Shown here: positions 1 to 13,825 of the stretch, piece after piece
How the letters are laid out: the number at the start of each line of letters is the position of its first letter
Position numbering within the stretch: the stretch's first letter is position 1
NCBI GenBank assembly: GCA_964016885.1
Contig: OZ024743.1
Coordinates: 6,324,001-6,388,000, forward strand
Length of the DNA: 64,000 nt
Reading direction: 5' to 3'
Origin: Eledone cirrhosa
Taxonomy: Eukaryota
The notes under the pieces: model-generated
What the model saw: only the letters and a program-made list of their open reading frames with translations
Databases searched by the model: none
Told to the model about the DNA's origin: nothing
Translations under genes and position numbers: made by a program

Positions 1-84
1 ATCTGTGATGAAAATAGTCGAGCAAGACACATTGCTCCAGTTTATTCAGCTGTAGAAATGAGATGATAGGGACTGGGGTCCCTA

Positions 85-262
85 TCATTCCACTGCAAAG
101 TGGTCGTGGAGGTGCCACATCAAAAAAGCACCCAGCACTCACTGTAAATGAGGTTGGTGTTAGGAAGGGCATCCAGCTGTAGAAATCAAGCCAGAATCAG
201 TTGCCGTCCTACCCTTGCAAGCAGGGAAAAAGTGGATGTAAAATGAAATGATGATGATGAAA
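85..262 (+). mobile_element. RTE-type LINE 3' UTR fragment with (GAT)n tail
   Basis: ccactgcaaagtggtcgtggaggtgccac...aaaagcacccagcactcactgtaaatgaggttggtgttaggaagggcatccagctgtagaaatcaagcc is near-identical to 2659-2810 downstream of the RTE ORF; ends in atgatgatgatg. Confidence 0.7.
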
Positions 263-272
263 TGAAAAGATC

Positions 273-1066
273 AATATATAATATATAAATTATAACGATC
301 ATGTGGCTCTATGAGAGAATTGAAGCTAAAAGTCCAAGACCTCCGAGCATTGCACACTGTCATTTCATAGGAAACCACGGGGGTCGATAAAATAAAGTAC
401 CAGTGGGATAATTGCTGGCCTTGTGTCAAAAGTAGAAACAATTATCATAGGAAACCACATATCTAATATTTCTCAGTGAACAATATAATCAAACTAAAAA
501 ACAGAGAAACAGAATAAGTATTATACTTACATAGCCACTAAGCAAAATCATCATTTACTATTGATTAATATTGGAAAATGGTGAAGCAAAGTTCTAGAAA
601 AATATTAGTTCCCAAAGAATAGAAGGCTCAGACTATGTGTAGAATAAAAATGAAATTACGTTTGATAGGATGAAAGTGGTAAGTGGTAACGCTAAAAATA
701 ACTCACCCACTAACTCACAATAAACTGCTCAACCAAGTTAGGAGATCAAAAGGGATCGATATATAATATATAATGATCATGTGGCTCTATGATAGAATTG
801 AAGCTAAAGATCCAAGACCTTAGAGCATTACACACTGCCAATATCATAGGAAACCGTATTTCTAATATTTTGCAGAGAATAATCTAATTAGGTTTAAAAA
901 CAGAAAGAATAAATATTATACTTACATAGCCACTAAGTTTTTATAAGGCCTATATAGTATCATTTCATACAGCAAAAATCAACATTTACTGTTGATTAAC
1001 ATTGGCAAATTCTAGAAATATTAGTTTCCAAAGAACGGAAGGCCAGGTCACGTGTAGAATAAAAAT
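273..1066 (+). repeat. Diverged direct duplication (about 273-650 vs 760-1066)
   Basis: tcatgtggctctatga(g/t)agaattgaagctaaa...ttatacttacatagccactaag...tgtgtagaataaaaat occurs twice. Confidence 0.8.
379..444 (+). mobile_element. 5'-truncated SINE 3' end with 14-bp TSD
   Basis: ggggtcgataaaataaagtaccag...gccttgtgtcaaaagtagaaacaatta flanked by tcataggaaaccac at 365-378 and 445-458; absent from the second copy of the duplication. Confidence 0.8.
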
Positions 1067-1789
1067 AATTAATATAAAATCTTTACATATTTAATCCCAA
1101 TGGGACATTCAGCTCTAATAAAACTACATTTATGGCCTTAAACTGGCTCCAGTTTCATATTTCATATTATTCATCAAATGCTCTCCTCCAATGAAACTAT
1201 CAATTTGATATTGTATCAACCTCATATGTTTAACATAAATTAAATGTTAGTAGCGTTTAAACATAAGAATATAAATAATAAAAAAGAAATGAAGATTTGT
1301 TCTAAAATCAATATGGTTTAACTTATACTAATAAAACAGTCAGGACACATTGGATTCCAGAGAAAAAAAATATATATATACAGCAGCATGGCTAACGTTT
1401 GAAATAAACAGAACAATTAATTTAAAGGCTTAGCAAGAAATATTGTCCACTGTTCAAAATTTCAACTTTAATAAAATTAATAAAATGTTGTAATAATATA
1501 TGTAGTAATAAACATATTGTGTGTTTAAAATTGTAGAGATAAATTGTTCCATGTTTGATATTTCAACAAGAAAAAATGCTTTGTTTACTGTATAATAAAT
1601 TGTTTGTACCTTTGAGAAGGCAGAAAAATAATTTGTAACCTTTGTTGAGAAGTATGAAAAAATATGTTTGTTGGTCATTATAAAGAAACATCTATATAGA
1701 ATACAACAACAAAAAAAAATTGGGGAATTTGTTTGTATGCAAGTAAAAAAGATTTATGGAGATGTAAGATTTTTAATTTCCAGTCTCCA

Positions 1790-1989
1790 GTTAAGGACAG
1801 AGCAAAGGAGAGGCACAAAACAAAGTCACTGAAGAGGTCACAGAACTATGAACAACCATCCGGTTATGGATCCAACCAACCGAAAATTTATAAAGTTTAT
1901 ATTTATAAAATTAATAAAATTCATAATAAATTGAAGTGAAAGCAACTGGTGCATGTGTTTCTTATTGGCAACATGACCCTCCCAAAGTA

Positions 1990-1993
<4 letters not shown>
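1790..1993 (+). mobile_element. Solo PLE pseudo-LTR relic (same family as 29487-29835) with deleted HHR
   Basis: aaagtcactgaagaggtcacagaactatga...cttattggcaacatgaccctcccaaagtataac matches 29600-29842; stem II 3' half and GAAA are missing. Confidence 0.8.
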
Positions 1994-2030
<37 letters not shown>

Positions 2031-2034
<4 letters not shown>

Positions 2035-2933
2035 ACAGTAGACAACTTCTGCTACCTAGGTGACCGAGTTAGCAACGGAGGTGGGTGTTCAGAAAGTACA
2101 ATAACTAGGGTAAGAACGGGATGGAAGAAGTTCAGGGAACTACTGCCACTGCTAGCTGCAAAAGGCTTCTCCCTCAAAATGAAAGGCAGACTGTATGATG
2201 CGTGTATCCGAACAGCAATGTTACATGGTAGTGAGACCTGGGCGCTGAAGGTGGAAGACTTACGTAGATTAGAAAGAAACGAAGCCTGCATGCTCCGATG
2301 GATGTGTAATAGTAATATACGCGAACGACAAAGCATAAATGAATTGAGAGAGAGACTGAGCATAAGAGGAATCAAATGCTGTGTGCAGGAGTGGCGGTTG
2401 CATTGGTATGGACATGTGATGCGTATGAAGGATGACAGCTGCATAAAAAGGTGCAGAGCACTAGAAGTCAATGGAAACCGCGGAGTGGGGAGACCCAAGA
2501 AGACCTGGGATGAGGTGATAAAAGCCGACCTTACCCAATTACACCTCTCAAAGGCGATGACACACAACCGTGACCTCTGGCGTCACGCAGTAATACAGAG
2601 TACCTGACCTCCCATGGGTACAAGCTGAAGCATATAGACAATATGCTCCCACACCCTCCCACTGCAAGGTGGTCGTGGAGGTGCCACGGCAAAAAAGCAC
2701 CCAGCCCACACTGTAAAGTGGACGTGTAGGCCCAACAGAAAAAGCACCCAGCACTCACTGTAAATGAGGTTGGTGTTAGGAAGGGCATCCAGCTGTAGAA
2801 ATCAAGCCAAAATCAGTTCCTGTATGAGCAAGGCATAGTCAGCCGACCAGACACTGCCCACAACACGACAACCCGTCTAACCCATGCTAGCATGGAAGAA
2901 CAGACGTAAAACGGTGATGATGATGATGATGAT
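2031..2933 (+). mobile_element. 5'-truncated RTE-clade LINE (ORF C-terminus to 2607, 3' UTR, (GAT)n tail)
   Basis: FCYLG...GWKKFRELLPLL...KGRLYDACIRTAMLHGSETW...RLHWYGHVMR...GRPKKTW motifs; gatgatgatgat tail. Confidence 0.9.
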
Positions 2934-2943
2934 ATATATATAT

Positions 2944-3172
2944 AGTAATAATAAAATTTGAAGACTAAAATCCAAAGAGGGCTTGATAAGGATAAATATA
3001 TATCAAATATATAAGAACCGTAGAGCAAATATTTATTAAAATAACAGATTAAAGTTAAAGCAAAGAATCGCTGCTTTCACCCTTAACGGGATCTTCTGAA
3101 ACAGTTTCAGAAGATCCCGTTAAGGGTGAAAGCAGCGATTCTTTGCTTTAACTGTAATCTGTTATTTTAATA
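2944..3172. mobile_element. Minimal PLE hairpin insertion: palindrome 3034-3172 (centre 3103) with tail 2944-3033
   Basis: Arms are reverse complements (one mismatch); each carries HHR-like CAGAAGA-TCCC-GTTAA-GGGT-GAAA; same family at 48946-49080. Confidence 0.75.
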
Positions 3173-3500
3173 TATGTGTGTGTGTGTGTTATCAAATTGA
3201 TAATGAAAATAAAAAGAACAAAGTTAAGTTACTTTATAACTTTGTTTTTATTTTGTTGTTTTTATTTTTATTAATTTAATACCTAATATCTGACTCTGTA
3301 TCTAAAGAATTAATTCAGCGAAACACAGAACTTCTCTGTGGATTTTACAAGATTAGATTTGAGTTCTATCTACGGTACCGACCCTACCACCAGAGGTAGA
3401 CCAGAATGAAAAAAGAAAACATATATCTATATATATATGTGTGTGTGTGTGTAATATATATATATGTAAGAAAAACCACAGACCTTCCATCTCAACTCTA

Positions 3501-3533
3501 CTTTTGAAAAGCAGAACTGCGAAACCGGTAAAG
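3501..3533 (+). ncRNA. Minimal hammerhead-like motif (TTGAAAA core variant) in a solo pLTR
   Basis: CTT-TTGAAAA-GCAG-AA-CTGC-GAAA-CCGG-TA-AAG: stems I and II, palindromic stem III, GUA site. Confidence 0.55.
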
Positions 3534-3870
3534 GAACCAAATAAATATATATATTTTAAAAAAAATAAGACTCCAGTTGCATTTTCGATTTCATCTTTTT
3601 TTTCTTTATATATATATATACGAATAATATTTCAGCGAGATCGAATTTAGATATATCCTGTCTCTAATCAGCTGTGCTATAACTCTTTCAGTGGTCGAAA
3701 ACAAAGCGAAACGCTATTTCCGATATATGCGGCAAGCGCTCCATGGACTAAAAAAAAGACCAGATATATATATATATATATATATATATAAATCTACATA
3801 CATACATATATACATACATACATTTACATATGTATATAGCTATGCATTTATACATTTGTATATATATATA

Positions 3871-4319
3871 TTTAGTTCTGCCAGACCCAGGGTTATTTAC
3901 TCGAGTAAATGTCACCGGAATCTAACTACTAAATTTTATAAAGAAAAGGATAAGATATTTTTACATAACACCATGTCGAATGAGAGTTAATTCCCATTAT
4001 AAAGGTAATGATAAAACGTAAGCAGTTTCTCGGAACGGGTATCGAATATAAGTCTTCATTTTATTGTAGTTCCATGTTATAATTGTTGTAAACAAATATT
4101 CTCGTACATAATTAGGTATAGTCTAGATCCATGATAGGTGGTCAGAGAAAAGTTAACATGCTTGTCTTCAGTGTTGTCAGTTTGAAGGAAGGCGCCAAAA
4201 GAGAGAGAGAGCTTGACTGCGTTGCCGCTATTATATCCTCTTTCCAGAAGTTACAAAGAGGGTTCTAGACTTTCGACGGGAAGTAACTCTAGCTACTTCC
4301 CTGTCTAGAGAGCGCTACA
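3871..4319 (-). repeat. 3' LTR of the Gypsy element
   Basis: Near-identical to 8881-9334; starts TGTAGCGC on the minus strand; weak PPT (GAGAGGG) adjacent at 4320-4335. Confidence 0.92.
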
Positions 4320-4657
4320 AGACAACCCTCTCAGACGAGAAGTCGAATGACCAAATGAAATCATTGTAGCGAGAACATGAGGGGCAAAACAAAAGGTACA
4401 AGAACATGAATGAATAAAACATGAGCAAGCAAATAGCAAAATGAGCATAAAACAAGTAATGCATTTTTACAAAGAATGTTTGAATGTAACGAATGATAAA
4501 TCATAGTCATACAAATGAGCAGAGAATATTGATGCTCAATGGTAAAATCAATGTTTTTCAAAGTCAAATAGTTCATACATCACTAGTGTACAGACTTTTC
4601 TGACACTAGTTCTATCTGAAAACTGAAAAAGAAAAGGTATGTTAATGCCACTGGGGT

Positions 4658-6430
4658 TTAAATGTATATTGTTTTTGAGAGTTTTCGTGGCCATTTTACC
4701 GTCCTGCCACCTCGTGTGACATAAGGTTGTGTGGTATGTGGTGTTTGCGGTGGAGGTGAAAGTGTTGGTGTAGGAGTGTATGTACGAGGTGTATCAGGCA
4801 GTGTGATGAGACTTTCAGAGAAAGCCTTTTTTGCTCTGTCAATGGATATTGTCTCTTTACGGCCATTGACAGCCACTGTGAAATGTTTGGGTGTGTGCGA
4901 AAGCACACGAAAAGGTCCATTATAAGGTGACGTAAGAGGTCCCTTGACGGAATCACTCCGTATGAAAATGTGTGTCCACGTAGAGATGTCCGTGGGGACA
5001 GCAGAAGAAATAGATTGGTCACGAGGGTTCATCGGTGGAAGATCCGAGAAATACAAACAAATCCTGGTGATATATGATGCTGGGTCAAGATGTGATGAAT
5101 CCACTGGTGCTAACATTTGTCCAGGAAGAGACAATGTGGTACCATAAAGAAGTTCAGCAGAAGAAAAACCTAAATCTGTCTTAATGGCAGAACGACAACC
5201 AAGAAGCACGATAGGCAAAAATTCAGTCCAACGTTGTGGATCAGGAGTAGCGCGAAGTGCAGCTTTCAACTGTCTATGAAATCTCTCGATCATTCCATTG
5301 GAGGCTGGGTGATAGCTGGTCGTATGGATGTGATGAGCACCCAAGAGTCGTGATATTTCACGAAATAAGGAAGCCTCAAATTGGCGTCCACGATCCGTAG
5401 TTATTTTAGTAGGATCACCGAAACGAGCAATCCAATTGGAAATGAAAGCTCGGGCAACGGACTCTGCTGTTATGTCCATGAGGGGTATGACTTCAGGCCA
5501 CCGAGAGAAACGGTCGATACAAGTCAATATGTATGTGAATCCACGACTAACGGGCCATGGACCAACAATATCCATGTGTATATGACGGAAACGTGCGTCA
5601 GGCGGGCTGAATTTCCCAAGAGGAGCGCAGATATGCCGATGAATCTTAGAATGCTGAGACTTCAAACAAGAACGTGCCCAACCGGTGATTAAACGACGCA
5701 TATTAGGCCAGAACAATCGAGCCGCAATAAGCTTCACCATGGCAGCTATGCCAGGATGTGACAAGGAATGAAGTGCATCAAAAACGGTACGCTGATGACA
5801 ATCTGGAACAAGTGGTCTGGGTGAGCCAGTAGAAACATCGCAGAGAATTTTCCCTTCAGAAGATGGAAGAGGTAAATATTCCAATTTGCAGCAGGAGAAC
5901 TGGTCAGAAGAAATGTCCAGCAAATCCAAAGTAGGTTGGTCAGTTGCAATGGCAACTAAATCGATATGTGCAGGAGACGCAAGAGAACACACAGAAAGTC
6001 GAGATAGTGCGTCTGCGGGTATGTTGGAAGTTCCAGCTATGTGACGAATGTCACTGGTGTACTGTGAGATGAGATCCAGATGCCTATACACTCTCGGAGA
6101 GTACTTGTCGGACTTGGATTGTAAAGTTAACGGTTTGTGGTCCGTGAATATCGTGAACGCCCGCCCCTCCAAAAGGTGGTGGAAGTGCTTCACGGCAAGA
6201 TAAATTGCCAAAAGTTCTCTGTCAAAGGTGCTGTATCTCTGTTCTGCTGGTTTTAATTGGCGAGAGAAAAATGCCAATGGTTGAACTTGGTGATCGATTA
6301 CATGATGCAAAACTGCGCCAACAGCACGATCAGATGCATCAACAGATAAGGAAAGTCTCACATTTGCAACAGGATGGGCAAGGAAGGAAACTTTAGCTAG
6401 CTCAGACTTGACGGATTTAAAAGACTGCAA
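4658..6430 (-). pseudogene. pol: Gypsy pol 3' part: RNase H + integrase
   Basis: [68 protein letters not shown]; frameshifted from RT near the T-run at ~6450; zinc-finger Cys lost (CLKS). Confidence 0.92.
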
Positions 6431-7833
6431 TGCATCATCAGAAAGTGAAATTTTTTCATCTTTTTTTTTGCAGCCCTTAAAAACTGTGTCAAGGGGAATA
6501 ACTTGTCCGCACAGTTAGGAATAAAGCGACGATAAAAGTTAATTAATCCCAAGAAATGGCGTAATTGTTTCAAGGATGTTGGTGGTGCTAATTGCTGAAT
6601 TGCCTCTACTTTAGCTGGCAAAGGACGAATGCCTTCTGAATCTATAAGGTGTCCGAGGAATTCCAGTGAATCTGCACCAAACACACATTTAGCTGGGTTG
6701 ATTCTGACTTGGTACGATTGGAGACGTTGAAATAACTGAGATAGATGTTGATGATGGTGTTCATCCGAATCACTGGCTATCAGGAGATCATCAACGTAAG
6801 CAAACACAAAATCCAATCCACGCGTGACTTCATCGATAAAACGCTGGAACGTACTAGAAGCATTCCGCAAACCAAAAGGCATGGATAGGAATTCAAACGA
6901 ACCAAAAGGGGTGGTCACAGCTGTTTTTGGTATGTCTTCTGGATGCATGGGTATTTGATGGTAAGCGCGTACCAGATCTATTTTAGAAAATATCTTGCAT
7001 CCATGCAGGGCGGATGAAAAATCCTGTAAATTTGGTAGAGGATAACGATCAGGTGTTGTGATAGCGTTAAGTCGTCTATAATCACCCACGGGTCTAAAAT
7101 CCGCTTCACTCTTACGAGCCAAATGAAGCGGGGATGCCCATGGGCTGGTGGACGGTCGTATAAGACCAAGCTGAAGCATGTGATTGAACTCATCCCTGGC
7201 TTTTTTTAGCCTGTCTGGAGCCAGCCTACGTGGCCGAGAAAAAACAGGCGGAGCAGTTGTTGTAATAAAATGTTGAGTCGAGTGGATTACTTGGTTCGGT
7301 TTAAATGAAATGTCAGTTAACTCAGGAAACGAGGCAAGAAGAGAATGAAGCTGGTTTCCAGAGGCAGCTATGAAACACGCAGGACTTATGGTGGCAACAG
7401 TAGAACCACGAGCAGGCGTAGATAAAGATGTGGTGCCATCCACAAGTTTCTGTTTCCTGACATCTACTAACAGTGAGTAGTGGTGTAAAAAATCCGCACC
7501 GAGAATAGGGTGGGGTAGGTCCGCTACAACGAAAATCCATTTGAAATCCTGACGCAAAGCTAGGTCCAATGATAGAGATATTTGTCCATAAGTTTTTATA
7601 GGAGACTGGTTTACTGCATACAAGGAAATACCAGAAAAATTTGGCTTGGTACAGCTGAAATGAAGGGGCCAAATACTGCAGCTAGATCTTGTGTCGACCA
7701 TAAACGATTTGTTTGAAATTCGATCTTTTATGAAAAAGGCACGATAAGGAGAATTAATGGGGGAGAGATCTGCCGTGCCCAGACTCTCCAGGTTTAGTTT
7801 TCCGAAGTCCCGAAAGAGTAGGGTTGAATACAA
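6397..7833 (-). pseudogene. pol: Gypsy pol 5' part: protease + reverse transcriptase
   Basis: MVDTRS (DTG mutated), [53 protein letters not shown]. Confidence 0.92.
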
Positions 7834-8595
7834 TGATTCGTCTTTTCACGAAAACGCAGGTGATACCAACATAAAGACGAGTTGTTGGCGGAGGTTTTTG
7901 CGCGACGATGAAAAAAAGGAGAATGACTTCGTGGTCGCCATCTGGAATGTGTTCGTTCCCGACACAGTTTAGTCACTTGACGAGTTAGCGCCTCAATGGC
8001 TCTCAATATAGAGTCCTCACGAGGTGGAACAGGCTGTGCTTTAAAAGTAGAAGAAACAATGTGTGGATCTGCCGAAGTAGGTACTCGAGAAAATTCCATT
8101 ATGCGGTCTGCTGAGGCTGCAATTTGGTCCAGAGAACTGGTGTCGACTATATTTGCCAGTATGGTCTGCACATTTGTTGGCAAACGGGAGAAGAATAATT
8201 GTTTTACGAAAGAGTTGTCCTCTGACGTTGAGTCGCTCAGCTCTCAGATGCACCGTAAAAACTGGGACGGGGTTCTATCTCCCAGGTTTTCCTCCTCCAA
8301 CAAGGAACGAAATTTGCTCTCAGACGAACGGCTGTTCCGTCTGAACACTTCTGCCTTAAGGGTCTCGTAAGTGGGGGATCTGGATGATATCCTTTACTGA
8401 CACGGCGAGCGAGGCAGGGATTCCGCTTATGAGCACATGTAACCTTTGTTGTACCGCTTGGACGCCATATGCAACAAAATGCGAATCTAGTTGTGCAAAC
8501 CACAACTCTGCATTGCCTGAATACGTCGGTAGCGAAGAATTGCTCATCATGAATGTAGTAGCCGCCGGGTGAAATGTTTTTTTTAACTGCCGCAC
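7794..8595 (-). pseudogene. gag: Gypsy gag, frameshifted
   Basis: LPTYSGNAELWFAQLDSHF; LDQIAASADRIME; LCWYHLRF...CIQP (degenerate CHCC motif) across several frames. Confidence 0.8.
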
Positions 8596-8865
8596 ATGTG
8601 GTTTAACTTCCGCGAATCAGCCAATGACAACACATTTGAAAGAAAATTAGTTGTATTTTCAAAAATATATATACGCACGTGGTGGTAACATGAATGGCTG
8701 AAGTGATGTAACACGGAGGAAACAAAATGGCGAATACAAAACGAAGGCTTTGTTGAAAACAAAGACACGAGGTGCAAACAAATTTTTTTTTTTTCTTTCT
8801 TTATGCGTATCCGGAAATTATCATTTTTTGTGTTGGTGTTTCCTTTTTTTTTTTTACTTTTCTTT

Positions 8866-8879
8866 ACGTCGGGTCACCA
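8866..8879 (-). promoter_or_regulatory. Primer binding site, tRNA-Trp
   Basis: Minus strand TGGTGACCCGACGT vs canonical Trp PBS TGGTGACCCCGACGT (one C missing). Confidence 0.8.
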
Positions 8880-8880
8880 T

Positions 8881-9334
8881 TTTAGTGTTCTAAATAACCC
8901 AGGGTTATTTACTCGAGTAAATGTCACCGGAATCTAACTACTAAATTTTATAAAGAAAAGGATAAGATATTTTTACATAACACCATGTCGAATGAGAGTT
9001 AATTCCCATTACAAAGGTAATGATAAAACGTAAGCAGTTTCTCGGAACGGGTATCGAATATAAGTCTTCATTTTATTGTAGTTCCATGTTATAATTGTTG
9101 TAAACAAATATTCTCGTACATAATTAGGTATAGTCCAGATCCATGATAGGTGGTCAGAGAAAAGTTAACATGCTTGTCTTCAGTGTTGTCAGTTCGAAGG
9201 AAGGCGCCAAAAGAGAGAGAGAGAGCTTGACTGCGTTGCCGCTATTTATATCCTCTTTCCGGAAGTTACAAAGAGGGTTCTAGACTTTCGACGGGAAGTA
9301 ACTCTAGCTACTTCCCTGTCTAGAGAGCGCTACA
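8881..9334 (-). repeat. 5' LTR of the Gypsy element
   Basis: Direct repeat of 3871-4319, followed on the minus strand by the PBS. Confidence 0.92.
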
Positions 9335-9487
9335 TATACATGCATTTATATTTAAGTGTGTAAGGATGTTGACATGATTGATGTTTTTTTGGTAAGGAGA
9401 GGATTTTGTCTCCATATTTAATTACTTAGGGAGATTAAATACCACAGCATTTCCACCTCATCAAACACCAACGCCGGCCTGTGTGTG

Positions 9488-9519
<32 letters not shown>

Positions 9520-9547
9520 TGTATGTATGTATGTATGTATGTATGTA

Positions 9548-10928
9548 GGTCTGACTGTCAGTCTCAAGAAAACCGTCGTCATGTACCAACCTGCCCCTGG
9601 TAAGCAGTACACTGAACCAAACATCTATGTGTATGGCAAACGACTTGGAGTGTTTGATCAGTTTGTCTACCTGGGAAGCACTGTCAATCGATACAGCAAC
9701 CTTGACAGTGAAATCTCACTTAGGATTAGGAAAGCAAGAAAGGCGACTCTGGGGTCGGCGAGACATATGCAGGAGGACAAAGGTAAAGGTGTACAGGGCA
9801 TGTGTGCTCTCTTGTCTTCTTTATGCCTGCGAGACCTGGGTCACATATCGACACCACCTTAAGCAATTGGAGCGTTTCCATCAGATGTGTCTCAGACGGA
9901 TCCATGGCGTTCACTGGAGGGACCACATCAGTGATGTCGAGATTTTGGAAAGCTCTATGTGTGACAGTATAGAAGCTCTTGTGCTTAAGCAACGACTCCG
10001 TTGGAGTGGTCACCTTGCCAGGATGAAGGATTCTAGAATACCAAAACAACTCTTTTATGGAGAGTTGGTTAAAGGAAAACGACCGCCACATAAACCAAAA
10101 AAGAGGTATAAGGATTCCTTGAAAGCCTCTCTGAAAGACGTTAACATCTCTGCTGATACATGGGAGAATATTGCTGCTGATCGTAATAGATGGAGAAAGA
10201 CTGTATATGAGGGAAAAGTTGCCTTTGAAGCATCTCGAATCGCATACGAGAAAGTAAAGCGGGATGTGAGGAAGGGCATTGCTGTTGCACTTCCAGACGG
10301 CGAGGGTCCTCCTATGGTGCTGACATGCAGCGTATGTGCGAGACTCTGCCTAAGCAAAGCTGGACTCGAAAGTCATCTTCGCAGTCATAAAGTAAGACCA
10401 GTGGTTGACTACCAGGCTGCTGTTGGAGATGCTACTCATCATGCTTGCCAAACATGTGGTAGAGAATGTAAATCAGCAGGAGGGCTCAAGCGACATGCAA
10501 AAGTACACGAACTCCAACCACAGCCGACTATTCCCAGTGAATGTTTTGGTTGCCGACTCTGTGCAAGACATTTTAGATCATTGGCTGGGCTAAAAAGCCA
10601 CATTCGATCGCAGCGCTGTTAGTTGCTATCGTGTGTGTGTGTGTAGATATGCTTGTGTGTGTGCGTGTGTGTATATATATATGTATATGTATATTATTAT
10701 TGTTGTTGTCGTTGTTATTGTTGTTGTTATTGTTATTATTATTGTTATTAATGTATGTGTGTGTATATGTGTGTGTGAGTGTGTGTGTGTATATGTGTAT
10801 GTATATGTATATATATATTTCTTTTATTTTTTTTTTATTTTTATTTATTATTATTATTTTTTTTTTTTTTCTCGTGCAATGGCCATACTCGATAACGAGG
10901 GGGCAGCCATCATCATCATCATCATCAT
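9548..10928 (+). mobile_element. 5'-truncated RTE LINE with three C-terminal C2H2 fingers; 3' end with (CAT)n at 10875-10928
   Basis: [56 protein letters not shown]; ORF ends 10622; ggccatactcgataacgaggggcagccatcatcatc terminus. Confidence 0.9.
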
Positions 10929-13369
10929 GTATGTATATATGTATGTGTGTGTATGATTGTATGTATGTATACACCCACACCTTTTATCACCATTGCTTCT
11001 TTTTCTTGTCGTTTTTGCTGTTCTTGTAACTTGTCATAGTTGACGTCTTATTTTCATTTTCTTTGATTTCTTTCGTTTTTCTTTTATCTCCCTAAGGAAT
11101 TCGTTGACAAGCTTCTTTCATTTATTTTCTTCGTTTTCTTCATTCAAATGCATTGACACTGGCTGTCTCAGAGACTTACAAATATGGCTTATAAAACTTA
11201 CCTAAGTAAAGAGCCTTCACCAAAACGCCCCTTTGATCTAGAGCCATAATAAACAAATAGAAAAAGATATATGTATATATATATAGAGATAGAAAGAATC
11301 ATATATCGTATAGGAAACACAGTATATTGTATATATACCAAATACATAATTCATGGAAGAATATGTACACATTAGAGATACCTTGTAGCGCTATTTCATA
11401 TTCCGTACAGTGTAGGTTAAAATCAATCAATATAATCAATCATCGAAGACAAACTATCAATCATAATTAAACCACAGGAGACTCGGAATACTCCTCGGAG
11501 GTTAGTCTCATCATTCTAAGATAAATATAGACTCAAAATGGTACATAAAACAATATAATTGCCAATATCCAAAGAGACGTCCAATGCTGAAAAGCATATG
11601 GTGAAATCACGTTAAACCCAATATACATATATATATTTAACTTTGTATAAGGGTACAAAAGACAAAAACTAGTTAAGAAACTTAGTGGGATCATAATTTG
11701 CTACATGTGTAATTTATGAATATCAATGAATAAATATATCATTCAACAACTATATTGTAAAATTACATTTATGGTTGTTATTAGTTCAAAGAATCATCAT
11801 TTGATATTTCTATGAGTAGTTGAATATAATCTGTTACAGAAGTGATTACATTGAAATTGCAATGTTTAATCTACAAATGCATATTTTTATTTGTAACCTG
11901 ACAGTTACCATAGCCTTGTATAAGCATTTTACAACTTATTTTTATAATCTTATGATTTTATATCTTTTTTACTTTCAATAAGTAGATGTATACTGCAAAT
12001 AAATTTCAATGACTGACAACAAACATTCTCCCAGACATTGGAGGAAAACACTATCTTTTTTAGACCAATCTGGTGCTAAAAGATTTTACATTCTTTTATA
12101 TTGACAAGACTTTCTCTTTCTTTTTATTTTATTCTTATAAATATATTCTATTCTTTTATTCTTGTATTGATTTTAATCATTAGAGAGCAGCCATGATGGA
12201 TCAGTATCATTAAGGGATTTAGTTGATCATATTGACTCCACTTCGTATTTTGTTCAAGTCTTGTACTTGATCTCTGTTTGTTAAACATAAAGAACAACCA
12301 GCGGCGTGCAGAGCTCTGGTGATGCCTGGGAAAAATCTTGTTTGTATGCCCCAAAGACTCAAGTATAAGGCCTAATACACTGAGAAATATTATGAGAAAG
12401 GAAAATATTTTGAATATATAAACACAGATGAAACATGAAATAAACGCTTTATTCGATTTTAATATAAATCAATCAAATTTATTAAGTTCTTTTCTCCCAA
12501 ATGATACCCCCATCCAAAGGATGCCCGAGGCCAACGCACCGTCACCCCCCCCCCCCCTATGCAAACAAAAAACAAAAAAAAAACGCTGTCATCTACTCAA
12601 ATTATAAATCCACATTTATACTGATAATTATTGATGTTCTTGGCTATATTAGAAAATGTCTAAGTCAACATTTCGAAAAGTTACAGACTCAAATACTGTC
12701 TGTAAGTTGAACAGTAAAGATATGCAAAACTTTTATGTTCAACATGTAACACTTTTCTTTTTGTAATTTTAATTCCAGCGATGGAGCTTCGTCATTTTAT
12801 TTATTTAGAAATCATCCTCTTCCTTATAACAAGAATCTAAATAATTAAAAAGAATAACATACGTGATGATGATTGATCTTGCCAGATGATAGCCGTCTCA
12901 TTTGTCTTTGTTCAGTCATGTGTTCTACAATATCTAGATCATATTCGAGAGATAAAACTCATTTTTATAACATTGACGAGTTTACAATTTTTATATCATA
13001 TTATGGATTGTTTAGTGGACTCTATCCAATTTCCTGTTCGCTGTATAATAGCTATTTTGGTAGCCGTTCATTATAAATCAGCAAATTCCCTACTCAACAC
13101 ATTTAACTGGTGATGATTTATGATTCAATTATGAGATAGTCAACCCTTTAAAGTACCTCGGTATCCGGTTTAATATCCGTCATCACAAGTATTTTTTTTT
13201 CTAATCGCTCAAGCGACATGCTGTATCAAATGTAGGTTGTCTGTGTCTCGGACGAATAAAGAAGAACTGCCAGAACAAATGTTTTATAGATATTCACTTT
13301 AGTTGAAATGGCGATTCCATGATCTGACAACTTACCAAAGGCCGTACAAGCATTTTGAATTCATGAACG

Positions 13370-13780
13370 GAGGTTTGATGCCGATTGCTGCATGGCTGGA
13401 ATGAAAATCAGTGCTGGGACAATTGTCCTCCAAGGGAAGCCTACATGTAAATGGAGTACACTCTACATGTAAATGTACACTCTACATGTAAATGGAGTTC
13501 TACTGAAGCAAGTAGAGAAGTTTAAGTATCTCGGGGCTGTGTTCACGAGTGATGGAAGACAGGAGGCTGGATTAAGTGCAAGAATTGCAGGAGCTGGTGC
13601 AGTAATGCGCCAGTTTCACCATTCAGTAAACAGAAGAAGTGGCGCAGGCGTAAAAGCCAAACTTACTATTTTCATTTCGATATTCGTGCCAGCTCTCACC
13701 TATGGTAATGAATCTTGGGTAATGACCGAAAAAATACGATCGTGAATACAAGCGGCCGAAATGGGGTTCTTACCAAATAC
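13370..13780 (+). pseudogene. RTE LINE RT/thumb fragment
   Basis: LKQVEKFKYLG...KAKLTIFISIFVPALTYGNESWVMTE. Confidence 0.8.
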
Positions 13781-13825
13781 GAAAAAAAGGGCACAAAGCA
13801 TAATTTTTTTTAAATTATATATATA

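Larger units (their letters stand above)
3871..9334 (-). mobile_element. Ty3/Gypsy LTR retrotransposon, CsRn1-like, near full length
   Basis: Two ~450-bp LTRs, tRNA-Trp PBS, gag with C-x-YH motif, PR-RT-RH-INT order; possible TATA TSD inside a microsatellite. Confidence 0.95.
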
